In this document: in pieces, positions 28,839-38,113 of the stretch
Position numbering within the stretch: the first letter of the stretch is position 1
How the letters are laid out: the number at the start of each line of letters is the position of its first letter
Assembly: GCA_965203905.1 (NCBI GenBank)
Contig: CBDBDQ010000005.1
Location: 4,160,001-4,224,000, forward strand
Length of the DNA: 64,000 nucleotides
Source: Spirochaetia bacterium
GTDB taxonomy: Bacteria > Spirochaetota > Spirochaetia > SZUA-6 > Bin103
Direction of reading: 5' to 3'
The notes under the pieces: generated by a model
What the model was told of the DNA's origin: nothing
Database searches by the model: none
The model's input: the letters and a program-made list of their open reading frames with translations, nothing else
Position numbers and translations under genes: made by a program

Positions 28839-30260
28839 ATGAACACGTCTCGACAGGTACCTGTTACGATCCTTACCGGCTTCCTTGGCTCCGGCAAGAC
28901 GACCCTGCTGAACCGGATCTTGAGGGATGAGCACGGCAAACGCATCGCCGTGATCGAAAACGAATTCGGGGAGGTTGGCATCGACCAGGCGCTGGTCATC
29001 AACGCTGACGAGGAAATCTTCGAGATGTCGAACGGATGCATCTGCTGCACGGTGCGCGGAGACCTGATTCGCGTACTCGGCAACCTGATGAAGCGCCGAG
29101 ACAAGTTCGACTACGTGTTGGTGGAAACCACGGGGCTCGCCGATCCCGGTCCGGTCGCTCAGACCTTCTTCATGGACGACGAGATTCGCGCGGAGTTCGC
29201 GCTGGACGGGATCGTCACGCTGGTCGACGCAGCCCACATCGAGCAGCAGCTCGGGCGCAGCGACGAAAGCACGGAACAGGTCGCGTTCGCGGACGTTCTT
29301 GTGCTCAACAAGACGGACCTCGTCGACGGCGAAGCGCTCGACCGGCTCGAGGCTCGGCTCCGGGAGATGAACCGAATGGCGCGGGTCATCCGCAGCGAGC
29401 GGGCGGACGTCTCCATCGATACGGTGCTCAACCTCGGCGCCTTCGACCTGGACCAGGTGCTCGGCCGTCGTCCCACATTTCTCGAGCCGGAATACCCGTT
29501 CGAGTGGACTGGAGTCTATGCGCTCGATAGCGGCCGCTACGAACTCAGCCTGGCCGATGGACCTGATCCGGCGATGTCTCTGGTCGTCGTACCCGACCAG
29601 GGCACGGATGACTCGGCACTTCGTGAGAGTGCTGAGTGGTGTGTGCGGCGGTATGCCGAGCCTGCCGTGCTCATTCGCCCGGGGGAAGAGATCCCCGTCG
29701 GAAAGCATGTGAACCTCCCGCTCGATTCCCCAGGGCGCAAGTCGTTCTTCCTGGAGGTCGATACGCAGGTGCGGGTTGGCCTCTACGCCCAGCACACCGC
29801 GGACGAGTTCGATCTGCAACTGACGAACGCGAATGGAGCGACAATCACGCAAAAAGACAGTCCGCGCTCCGAGCCTGTCACCCCCACGGAGACCGGCGCC
29901 CCGCGCATTGAGAAAGCGGTTCCCGTCGAAGTCGAGCGCACCTGGGTCGCACAGCATGAGCACGACGACGAAGTCGGCTCGATCGCAATCGAGCGGGACG
30001 GCGACGTCGATCCCAACAGGCTCAACGCGTGGTTGAGCGAACTGCTCTTCAATCGCGGGGTGGACATCTTCCGTATGAAGGGCTTCATCAGCATCGCGGG
30101 TGAGTCGCGTCGCTTCGTCTTCCAGGGGGTTCACATGCTCTTCGACGGACAGCCGGATCGTCCATGGGGCGACGCGCCCCGCCGCAATCAGCTCGTCTTC
30201 ATCGGCCGCAACCTCGATGAGCAGAGCATGCGGCGGGGGTTCGAAGCATGCCTGATTTGA
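28839..30260 (+). CDS. COG0523/CobW-family G3E GTPase metallochaperone
   Basis: GFLGSGKTT, ENEFGE, GCICC, ETTGLADP, NKTD, C-terminal FRMKG / FQGVH / LVFIGRNL. Confidence 0.96.
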   Translation: MNTSRQVPVTILTGFLGSGKTTLLNRILRDEHGKRIAVIENEFGEVGIDQALVINADEEIFEMSNGCICCTVRGDLIRVLGNLMKRRDKFDYVLVETTGLADPGPVAQTFFMDDEIRAEFALDGIVTLVDAAHIEQQLGRSDESTEQVAFADVLVLNKTDLVDGEALDRLEARLREMNRMARVIRSERADVSIDTVLNLGAFDLDQVLGRRPTFLEPEYPFEWTGVYALDSGRYELSLADGPDPAMSLVVVPDQGTDDSALRESAEWCVRRYAEPAVLIRPGEEIPVGKHVNLPLDSPGRKSFFLEVDTQVRVGLYAQHTADEFDLQLTNANGATITQKDSPRSEPVTPTETGAPRIEKAVPVEVERTWVAQHEHDDEVGSIAIERDGDVDPNRLNAWLSELLFNRGVDIFRMKGFISIAGESRRFVFQGVHMLFDGQPDRPWGDAPRRNQLVFIGRNLDEQSMRRGFEACLI

Positions 30261-30281
30261 AGGTCGACGGGAGGAGTCTGC

Positions 30282-31412
30282 ATGAGCGGCGCCGAGAGTA
30301 GTGAAAGCGTGTACGACGTAGTGGTCGTCGGCGCCGGCGCCGCGGGCGTGGGTGCCGCCGTGGCTCTCAAGCATGCCGGCATCGACAACTTCGTGGTCTC
30401 CGAGCGTCACACGGTCGGCGCCTCGTTCGCCTCATGGCCGGCCGAGACGCGCTTCATCACGCCGTCGTTCCCAACCAATTCGATTGGCATGCTCGATTTG
30501 AACTCGATCGCGATTGGCACTTCACCCGCGTTCAGTCTGGGGGTCGAGCATCCGACCGGTGAAGAGTACGCGATGTACTTGCGTGGAGTCGCACAGTTCT
30601 TTGAGCTGCCGATACGCCAGAATACCGATGTGAAGCAGATTGCAGAGGTGGACGACGGCTTTCGCCTCGATACGGCCGACGGAACCTTGCAAGCCAGGCA
30701 CGTCATTTGGGCCGCTGGCGAGTTCCAATACCCACGCTTGAATGGGTTTGTTGGTAGCCAATTGTGTCGCCATACCGCGACCATACCCAGCTATGAAGAG
30801 CTTGACGGTGACGACTTCATCGTTGTCGGTGGCTACGAAAGTGGTGTCGACGTGGCCTATCACCTGGCCTATCGCGACAAACGAGTGCGGTTGTTCGACC
30901 AGGGTTGCCCGTGGGAGGACGAGAGTTCCGATCCCAGTGTCGCACTTTCCCCGTTTACGCTCGAACGCATGCGGGAAGCCCAGTTTGATGAGCAAGTGGA
31001 ACTGTTTCCGCACACACCTATCGAATCGGTCACTCGCGGGGACGCCATGTATGAAGTAACGGCTCGCGACGGACAGCGGTTTCAAACCCGCGTGCCGCCA
31101 CTATTGGCAGGCGGGTTCGAGCGCAGCCACAAGTTGGTCGCGGATTTGTTTGAACGCCACGACGATGGCTCTCCGCTTCTGAGCGAACACGATGAATCGA
31201 CCATCGTACCGGGGGTGTTTCTCTGCGGCCCCACCGTTCGCCATGACAATCACGTCTTCTGCTTTATCTTCAAGTATCGGCAACGGTTCGCCGTTGTCGC
31301 CAAGGCAATTGCGACCTCGTTAGGGCTGCCGGCGGAAGAGTTGGAAGAGTACCGCGAATGGGGCATGTATCTCGATGACCTCTCCTGCTGTGGGTTGGAG
31401 TGCGTGTGTTGA
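30282..31412 (+). CDS. NAD(P)/FAD-dependent oxidoreductase with Cys-rich C-terminus
   Basis: VVGAGAAG FAD motif, WAAGEFQYP, GGYESG.D, FCFIFKYRQRF, ends YLDDLSCCGLECVC. Confidence 0.88.
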   Translation: MSGAESSESVYDVVVVGAGAAGVGAAVALKHAGIDNFVVSERHTVGASFASWPAETRFITPSFPTNSIGMLDLNSIAIGTSPAFSLGVEHPTGEEYAMYLRGVAQFFELPIRQNTDVKQIAEVDDGFRLDTADGTLQARHVIWAAGEFQYPRLNGFVGSQLCRHTATIPSYEELDGDDFIVVGGYESGVDVAYHLAYRDKRVRLFDQGCPWEDESSDPSVALSPFTLERMREAQFDEQVELFPHTPIESVTRGDAMYEVTARDGQRFQTRVPPLLAGGFERSHKLVADLFERHDDGSPLLSEHDESTIVPGVFLCGPTVRHDNHVFCFIFKYRQRFAVVAKAIATSLGLPAEELEEYREWGMYLDDLSCCGLECVC

Positions 31413-31645
31413 CGGGAAACGACGGAGGCGCCGTCACCTCTGGCGCGGGCCGCAGCCGACTAGCCAGGGTGCGCAGCATCGAGTGGCTCGGACAAACGGC
31501 CGCCAGCGTTTGCTGGATTGGCAGCATGCTGACTTACGGGATCAGGTCCGGTGGGGATTGGTTGCAGTTGTGTGCTGCATCCGCATGGCTGTTGGCCAAC
31601 ATCGCAGCGGTTGCGACTGCCGACGCTGATTCGAAGCATGTCTGA
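31409..31645 (+). CDS. small two-helix membrane protein
   Basis: Overlaps both neighbours; EWLGQT.ASVCWIGSMLTYG...GDWLQLCAASAWLLAN hydrophobic pattern. Confidence 0.6.
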   Translation: MTGNDGGAVTSGAGRSRLARVRSIEWLGQTAASVCWIGSMLTYGIRSGGDWLQLCAASAWLLANIAAVATADADSKHV

Positions 31646-32681
31646 TTCGATGGTCAGCAGCCCGAGGGGTGTTCTTCGCTGGGACTGGTCTGCGGCGGTC
31701 GGTGACTACGCCATCGCCGGGGGCTGGACCCTGCACGGCGAGGCGCTGGTGGTCGGTGATGCCGCGGGTGGCGTCTACGCGTTCGACGGCAAGACTGGCG
31801 CGACCATCTGGACGCAGCGCGGAGTCCATGAAGGTGGGGTGCTCGCGGTGGCGATCCACCCAAACCGACCCACGTTCGCTACGGCCGGCCAGGACGGCCG
31901 AGTCCTGGTCTGGAGTGCCGCCGAAGGTCGGGTCAGCCTAGCTATCGAAGTCGGGAACGGTTGGGTGGAGAACGTGGCGTGGTCGCCGGACGGAAAGTGG
32001 TTGGCAGCATCCTGCTCCCGGCAGGTTCACGCGTATGGTGCGGATGGCGTGAAAACCTGGCGATTTCACGATCATCCCAGTACGGTCAGCGCGATCGCGT
32101 GGTCCAGTGCAGAGGAGCTGGCGACGGCCTGCTACGGTCGGGTGACGTTCTTCGACGCGTCCACTGGGGAGCTTCGCCAGAAGCTGGAGTGGATGGGCTC
32201 CCTGGTGTCGATGGTATTGAGCCCGGACGGAGAAATCGTGGCCTGCGGCAGCCAGGACAACTCGGTGCACTTCTGGCGTCGCTCCACGGAGCAGGACGCG
32301 ATAATGTCAGGATATCCTGCGAAGCCGTCGGTCTTGGCATTCGATGACACCAGCACCCTCTTGGCCACCGGCGGAGGCGAGGCGGTGACGGTCTGGAGCT
32401 TTCGGGGAAGTGGTCCCGAAGGCACGCGGCCCGGCGTTCTGGAACATCATGTTAAAACCGTTACCGCGCTCGCCTTCGCTCGCCGCGGTATGCGCTTGGC
32501 CTCGGGAGCTCGGGATGGCGGCGTCGTGGTGTGGTCACTTGGGCGCGATGGGCAAGGCTATCCGATCGGATCTGCACCAGTGGCAGATGTGGTCGGCACC
32601 TTGTACTGGCGACCGGATGGACGTGCGCTTGCTGCACTCGACGCTCAGGGTGGCGCAACGGTTTGGCGAGTGAACAACTAG
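31638..32681 (+). CDS. WD40-repeat beta-propeller protein
   Basis: Repeated ATAGQDGRVLVW, VAWSPDGKWLA, ACGSQDNSVHFW, LASGARDGGVVVW. Confidence 0.92.
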   Translation: MSDSMVSSPRGVLRWDWSAAVGDYAIAGGWTLHGEALVVGDAAGGVYAFDGKTGATIWTQRGVHEGGVLAVAIHPNRPTFATAGQDGRVLVWSAAEGRVSLAIEVGNGWVENVAWSPDGKWLAASCSRQVHAYGADGVKTWRFHDHPSTVSAIAWSSAEELATACYGRVTFFDASTGELRQKLEWMGSLVSMVLSPDGEIVACGSQDNSVHFWRRSTEQDAIMSGYPAKPSVLAFDDTSTLLATGGGEAVTVWSFRGSGPEGTRPGVLEHHVKTVTALAFARRGMRLASGARDGGVVVWSLGRDGQGYPIGSAPVADVVGTLYWRPDGRALAALDAQGGATVWRVNN

Positions 32682-32742
32682 TGAAGCACGGCCGCAACGG
32701 GATGGTCCGATCCGGCATCCAGCAGACAAAGAAGGCACGTCC

Positions 32743-33225
32743 ATGAACGCTCAGACTCGCCGCATCCGCGAAACGCTCAGCAGACACGAACCAATGGTTA
32801 CGGCCCGAGGCCGCGTTCTTGGGCAGATCGCGTTGTGCGAAGGCTGTTGCTGCGGTCGGACGGACAAGGGGTTCAAGCCGTTGCCCCGCGACTGGATCAA
32901 GCAGCAGTGGAAAGACGAGAAACTCAACAAGTCAGTGCAACTGACGATCTCCGGATGCCTTGGCCCGTGCGATCTGGCCAATGTCATCTGCGTCATCTCG
33001 CCCAAGGGGATGCAGTGGTTTGGAGGCCTCCAGGAACAGTGGCAATTCGACTTGCTCCTGGATTGGGCCAAAGCCTCGCGTGATGCGGGTGTTCTACTCG
33101 AATTGCCTGCTGAACTGAATCGCCACCGGTTTGAACGGTTCGCTGTTGGGTGTGGCTCTTCTTGCACGGAGAGCGATCGTATTCAGGTTAATGGCAACGG
33201 ACACGCCGTCTTCGGTGCGCTGTGA
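32743..33225 (+). CDS. thioredoxin-like (2Fe-2S) ferredoxin-domain protein, Cys-rich
   Basis: CEGCCCG and SGCLGPCDLANV motifs. Confidence 0.75.
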   Translation: MNAQTRRIRETLSRHEPMVTARGRVLGQIALCEGCCCGRTDKGFKPLPRDWIKQQWKDEKLNKSVQLTISGCLGPCDLANVICVISPKGMQWFGGLQEQWQFDLLLDWAKASRDAGVLLELPAELNRHRFERFAVGCGSSCTESDRIQVNGNGHAVFGAL

Positions 33226-33245
33226 GCGGGACGCTGTGAGCGGGA
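33218..33245. repeat. 14-bp tandem duplication
   Basis: CGCTGTGAGCGGGA twice in tandem across the stop codon of the ferredoxin-like gene. Confidence 0.85.
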
Positions 33246-33639
33246 ACAGCGTCCTGGTCAGTGTCCGGCGCCAGCTGCTCGCTCATGCGCCGGCCCCGAA
33301 ATTTGTGGGGCGGCCCGATAAAGCCGATCCTGCGACCGGTACACTCATTCGTCAACGGGGCGTCGTTTCCTGACGCGGCCACGGGTCGGCAAGTTGCTTG
33401 CCGGCGGTCAGCACGGCGGCCTCGCGAAGCTTGCCGGCCGCCAGCAGGGCGTCGACACGTTGCGCCGTGAGGTAGCCGGAATCGTCATCCACATCGGGGC
33501 CCGGTGGCGGTCCGAAGGTGCGGGCCGTTCGGCAACGTCCCGCTTGAAGTCGGGATCTCCGCGCAGGGTCATAATTGGTATCAGCTCGGGTGTGGCAGGT
33601 AATTTCGTGAAGGCAGATGAAGCAATAAGACTGTCCAGA

Positions 33640-33932
33640 CGGCGCCGGGACTTCGCGACGTAGTGATCGACGGTGGGATCGGTCGGGATGCGGACGCAGA
33701 GGTAGGCGCACACCCGATCATAGGCAGCCTGGAGATCGCCGAGGGCGTGGCGCCAGTAGGGCGGGAAGCTCGTGGCCGGAATCATGTCCCTGGAGTCGGC
33801 AACCTGATCGAACGGTATGCCCGCGCGCCGCTGCGGCGTTTCCCCGACGAGTTCCGCGACAGCCCGCAATCCCGGCTGTCGGACAGTGCGGTCGAAGTCC
33901 GCCGGTTCCGGAGCCGGCGTTATCGGAATCAC
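33640..33932 (-). pseudogene. truncated HNH-like endonuclease partner of the ATPase
   Basis: GTGA overlap with ATPase; PEPADFD..VRQPG...FPPYW...AY..VCAY...TVDHYVAKS then similarity is lost before the CN motif. Confidence 0.7.
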
Positions 33933-35257
33933 GGCGTGCCGCCGCACCGTTCGACAAATGCATTCCAGCGCACCCAGAACGTGTCCATGTCGGGCAGTGC
34001 CGCGCCCAGCGCTCTGTGCGCCGCCATGACGTCTGCCAACCGGGGTTCTGGCTCGCGCAGCAACGCCCGCGCGCGAACAATCGCCTCCTCTGCCTCGACA
34101 CTCCCGCGATCGGTCGGCAAGTCGAAGGCTTCGCTGGTGAGCCACGCACCGGCGCCGCCCTGGGGCAGGTAGTGGCGCTCCCGCAAGACGGCGTGCGGGG
34201 GATCACCCTCCAGATCGAGGTCGAACCAAGCGTCCTGCTCCGGGTCGAACCACGCCTCGGCGGAGGCCATCACCAGAGGCGAGTGTGTCGTCGCGACAAG
34301 CTGGAGGTTCGCGTTGCCCAGTAACTCGTTGCCGAGGTTGCGAAGCGAACTCAGAATCGTGCGCTGCCATCGCGGATGCAGGTGACTCTCGACCTCGTCG
34401 AACAGCATGACAACGCTGTCCGTCGCTCTTCGACCGAAATGGCGTGCCGCGAGGCGATGTTCGATCCACGCCCATGTGAGAATGTAGGCCAAGGCACACA
34501 CGCGACGTACGCCGGAAGCGGCGTGCACAATCGGGACTGCCCCGGCGTATGCAGTGAGAATGGTCGGGATGTCCCGGGAGTCCTGAATGCTCAGACGACG
34601 AGCCGGGCCCACGCTGAGGGGGTCGCCATCTGCGGGAGACAAAGTTTCAAGTGCGGCCCGCATGGCGTCGGCGTTACTCCGGTCGCGATCCTTGATCCAA
34701 CTGGACCAGTCGAACAGCAAGCCGTTGCAAGCAGGAACTCGGCGGCCGCGAGACTCTTCCCACAGGCCGTCCCAGACCTCGGACTCGGAGAACACATACG
34801 CGGGCCACTGGTCAACACCGCGAAGGCTGCGCTTCTCCAGACCCGGAGGAGTGTTGTTTTCGAGGCCGCCTAGGTAGTTACGTAACGGATCCCATACGGA
34901 CATGGAGCCATCCGCGTGGGCATACACAACCAAGCTCTCTCCCCCTGCGGCGGAACGGAGCCATCTCTCCTGCACCTGCGACCATTCTCCCGTGATGGCC
35001 CGCGCGTTCGCGGCCGCGCCGATTCTGGCTTCGATCGTCGCCGACGCTTCCATGTCCCCAGGTCTTGCCGGAAACCCTACGGTCAACCGTGGGTTCACAT
35101 CGTGAGGCCAATGCCCAGTAAGAACCCACCAAGCCGCATCCATGACGAAAGTCTTTCCCAGGCCGTTGTCGCCAGTGAGCAAGTTTACGCTGCGCCCATA
35201 CGCAAGTTCCATATCAGGAGCAGGTCCGACATTCCGGAGTCTCAGGTGGTCAAGCAT
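33929..35257 (-). CDS. ABC/SMC-type ATPase (AAA_21-like, PtuA/AbiEii-like)
   Basis: LRNVGP, TGDNGLGKT, ASG.RR signature, FDEVESHLHPRWQR, ATTHSPLV. Confidence 0.88.
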   Translation of the reverse strand: MLDHLRLRNVGPAPDMELAYGRSVNLLTGDNGLGKTFVMDAAWWVLTGHWPHDVNPRLTVGFPARPGDMEASATIEARIGAAANARAITGEWSQVQERWLRSAAGGESLVVYAHADGSMSVWDPLRNYLGGLENNTPPGLEKRSLRGVDQWPAYVFSESEVWDGLWEESRGRRVPACNGLLFDWSSWIKDRDRSNADAMRAALETLSPADGDPLSVGPARRLSIQDSRDIPTILTAYAGAVPIVHAASGVRRVCALAYILTWAWIEHRLAARHFGRRATDSVVMLFDEVESHLHPRWQRTILSSLRNLGNELLGNANLQLVATTHSPLVMASAEAWFDPEQDAWFDLDLEGDPPHAVLRERHYLPQGGAGAWLTSEAFDLPTDRGSVEAEEAIVRARALLREPEPRLADVMAAHRALGAALPDMDTFWVRWNAFVERCGGTP

Positions 35258-35498
35258 GGTCCGAGCGCCGTGCCTTCTTCATCTGTTACCATCCGTCTTG
35301 CACGATCAGACGGGGACTCAAGAACCGTCATCCATACCCTTCGATGCCGGAGCAGCATGATGGACCGCATTCTATCTGAGTAGCCACGACGCAAGATTGC
35401 CACGACTGGACCGATAGGCGCGACACTTCAATCACGAGAAGCCGGTCCGGACATGTGTCGGCCACCGCGTGCATCGTTGCGAAGCAGGGACTGTGGGG

Positions 35499-35963
35499 TC
35501 AGCCGGTGCGGTCGGCGCGTTCGATGCGGGCGTAGGCGTCGTTGATGCGGGCGGCCTTGCGGGTGGCGGCAGCCTGTTTTCCGGGGTCGTTGGCGAAGCG
35601 GTCCGGGTGGTGCGCCCGCATGAGCCGCTTGTAGGCGCGTCTGACGTCACTCATCGGGGCGCCGAACGGCACCTCCAACGTCTGGTAGTCGGCGCGCAGG
35701 TGAGCGCGCGGATCCTTCTTGGCGGCGGTGCGGTCGCCGCCCGTGTCGCCGGGACGGTGCTGCCGGCGGCGCGCGCCGCCAGCGCCGGACGCGGGGTCGT
35801 CCGAGTCCAGGTAGTCCTCCAGCTCGTCCCAGGCGGCGGCTAGGTCGGGGTCGTCGATGTGGGACGGTCGGCCCGGGCGCCGGCCGCTGCCGGTAGTGGT
35901 GCCGCCGTCACCGCCGAGCACCGTTCGCAGCAGGTCGCCGAGGCGGTCGAAGAGCCGATCCAC
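35499..35963 (-). CDS. J-domain (DnaJ-like) protein with C-terminal J domain
   Basis: Y..LEVP.GA...VRRAYKRL...HHPDR ... INDAY; TAGAAT-6-GTG start. Confidence 0.88.
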   Translation of the reverse strand: MDRLFDRLGDLLRTVLGGDGGTTTGSGRRPGRPSHIDDPDLAAAWDELEDYLDSDDPASGAGGARRRQHRPGDTGGDRTAAKKDPRAHLRADYQTLEVPFGAPMSDVRRAYKRLMRAHHPDRFANDPGKQAAATRKAARINDAYARIERADRTG

Positions 35964-36060
35964 GGCGTCATTCTACCGAATCGGCGGCCTCGGCCGAAAG
36001 CCGGACTCGCCAGCGCCCGCGCGGCGCGGGATCGCGGTGCGGACGGCCGCGCCGCGGCGC

Positions 36061-37248
36061 TCAGAAACGGGCTTTGCGCAGCAGCTCCGCGGCGCGCTCG
36101 GTGTCCGCCACCGACGGCACCAGGGCGAAGCGCACGTAGTCCGCGCCCGGGTTGGGCTGGCCGGGATTGGTCTCGGCGATCCACGATCCCGGGGTGGTGA
36201 CAATGCCGATCTCCGGGTGCAGCAGCGCGGTCGCGAACTCCACCGCCGACAGGTGCTCGGGCACGCGTTGCCACACGTACAGCGTCGCGGCCGGCGTGCA
36301 GTCGGGCAGGCCGGCCTCCACCAGCGCCGCGCACAGCAGGTCGCGCTTGTGCCGGTACTCCTCACGGAAGGCCTGCACGTGAGTCTCGTCGTTCAGGGCC
36401 GCCACCGCCCCGTCCTGGATGAAGGTCGGGGTACCGGAGTCGAGGTTGGTCTTCACCTGCCGGAACAGGTCCACCAGGTCGGGATCACCGGCCACCCAGC
36501 CCACGCGGTAGCAGGTCATCGCCGAGCGCTTGGACAACGAGTTGAACGCCAGCACCCGCTTCTTGCTCACGTTGAGCATCGACAGCGGGGGCTCGCCGAA
36601 GTAGATCTCGGAGTACGCCTCGTCGGAGGCGACGATCAGGTCGTGGCTGGCGGCGAACTCCAGCACCTCCTGCAGGAACGAGCGCGGCGCCACCGCCCCG
36701 GAGGGGGAGTTTGGGTAGTTGATCCACAGCACCTTGGCGCGGCGCGCCACCTCGGAGGGTACGGCGCCGAGGTCGAGCAGGAAGTCTCGCTCGGCCGGCA
36801 GCGGCAGGTGGTAGGGCTCGCCCTCGGCGAACAGGGTGCCGCGGCTGTAGGGCGGGTAGCCGGGCGTGGGACACAGCACCAGGTCGCCCGGATCCACCAC
36901 CGCCTCGTGGAAGTTGAACACCGCCTCCTTGGCGCCGGCGGTGGAGGAGACCTCGGTGGCCGGATCGAGCTGCACACCGAAGCGGCGTTCGCTCCAGGCG
37001 CTTACCGCTTCCCGGAACTCGTCGGCGCCGATGTAGCTGGGGTAGCCGGCGCTGCGCCGGGTCTCGATGCCCTCCGCGGTCGCCCGCCGCACCACCTCCG
37101 GGGTCGGTACCGTGGGGTCGCCGACGCCGAAGTCGATCGGCTCGATGCCGCGATCACGCAGCTTGGCCACCTCGCGGTCCACTTCCGCGAAGGCGTAGCT
37201 GCCGAGGCTGGCCAGCCGCCGGCTGGCGTAGCGGTCAGCGCTCGCCAT
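36061..37248 (-). CDS. dapL: LL-diaminopimelate aminotransferase (class I/II PLP)
   Basis: DFGVGDP, GAKE, NYPNSP.G, DEAYSE, SLSK...M..YRVG; last gene of a lysine operon. Confidence 0.82.
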   Translation of the reverse strand: MASADRYASRRLASLGSYAFAEVDREVAKLRDRGIEPIDFGVGDPTVPTPEVVRRATAEGIETRRSAGYPSYIGADEFREAVSAWSERRFGVQLDPATEVSSTAGAKEAVFNFHEAVVDPGDLVLCPTPGYPPYSRGTLFAEGEPYHLPLPAERDFLLDLGAVPSEVARRAKVLWINYPNSPSGAVAPRSFLQEVLEFAASHDLIVASDEAYSEIYFGEPPLSMLNVSKKRVLAFNSLSKRSAMTCYRVGWVAGDPDLVDLFRQVKTNLDSGTPTFIQDGAVAALNDETHVQAFREEYRHKRDLLCAALVEAGLPDCTPAATLYVWQRVPEHLSAVEFATALLHPEIGIVTTPGSWIAETNPGQPNPGADYVRFALVPSVADTERAAELLRKARF

Positions 37249-38113
37249 GAGAATCCTCCTGCGTATCGTTCCAGTGGTAGGTGCCGCTGAACGCGTACTC
37301 CGCCGGCCCGGTCATGTAGACGTGGTTGTCGTCGGGGGTCCAGTGGATCTCCAGGTCGCCGCCCAGCAGGTGCAGCGTGACGCGCCGCTCGCTGCGGCCG
37401 GTCACCACCGCCGCCACCGCCGCTGCACAGGCGCCGGTGCCGCACGCCAGGGTCTCGCCGCTGCCGCGTTCCCACACCCGCATGCGCAGCCGGTCGCGGC
37501 TCAGGGGCACCACGAACTCGGTGTTGGTGCGCTGCGGGAAGCGCGGGTGGTGCTCGAACTTGCGGCCCAGGGCCGGCAGGTCGAAGTCCAGGTCGTCCAC
37601 GAACACCACGGCGTGGGGGTTGCCCATGCTCACCGGCGTGAACGCGTAGTCGGTGCCGTCGATGGTGAGGGTCTCGGGCGGCAGCGGCTCGGCGCACAGC
37701 TCGGCGGCGTGGTCGAAGGTGTGCGGCGCACCCATGTCGGCGCGCACGCGGCCGTCGGCGAGCATCTCCAGCGCGATGTCACGGCGCATGGTCTGCACGC
37801 TGAAGCTGGTGCGCTCCGCCAGGCCGTTGTCGCACGCATAACGCGCGACGCAGCGGATCGCGTTGCCGCACATCTCCGCCTCGGAGCCGTCGGCGTTGAA
37901 CATCCGCATCCGCAGCGGCTGGGTGTCGCCCGGCACGATCAGCACCAGGCCGTCGCCGCCGACGCCGAAGTGACGGTCGGCCATGCGCCGCGCCAGCTCG
38001 GGCAGCACGGCTTCTTGCAGCGCCGGGCCACCGTTGGCGCCGGCGCGGGGTACCTGGTCCAGGTACACGTAGTCGTTGCCGATGCCGTGCATCTTCACGA
38101 ACGGTATCTGCAT
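37235..38113 (-). CDS. dapF: diaminopimelate epimerase
   Basis: KMHGIGNDY, NADGSEAEMCGN, SMGNPH, ERGSGETLACGTG. Confidence 0.97.
   Translation of the reverse strand: MQIPFVKMHGIGNDYVYLDQVPRAGANGGPALQEAVLPELARRMADRHFGVGGDGLVLIVPGDTQPLRMRMFNADGSEAEMCGNAIRCVARYACDNGLAERTSFSVQTMRRDIALEMLADGRVRADMGAPHTFDHAAELCAEPLPPETLTIDGTDYAFTPVSMGNPHAVVFVDDLDFDLPALGRKFEHHPRFPQRTNTEFVVPLSRDRLRMRVWERGSGETLACGTGACAAAVAAVVTGRSERRVTLHLLGGDLEIHWTPDDNHVYMTGPAEYAFSGTYHWNDTQEDSHGER

Noticed and set aside
33929-35499. Retron (ATPase+HNH type)
   Set aside because: No reverse transcriptase gene or msr-msd structure found nearby.
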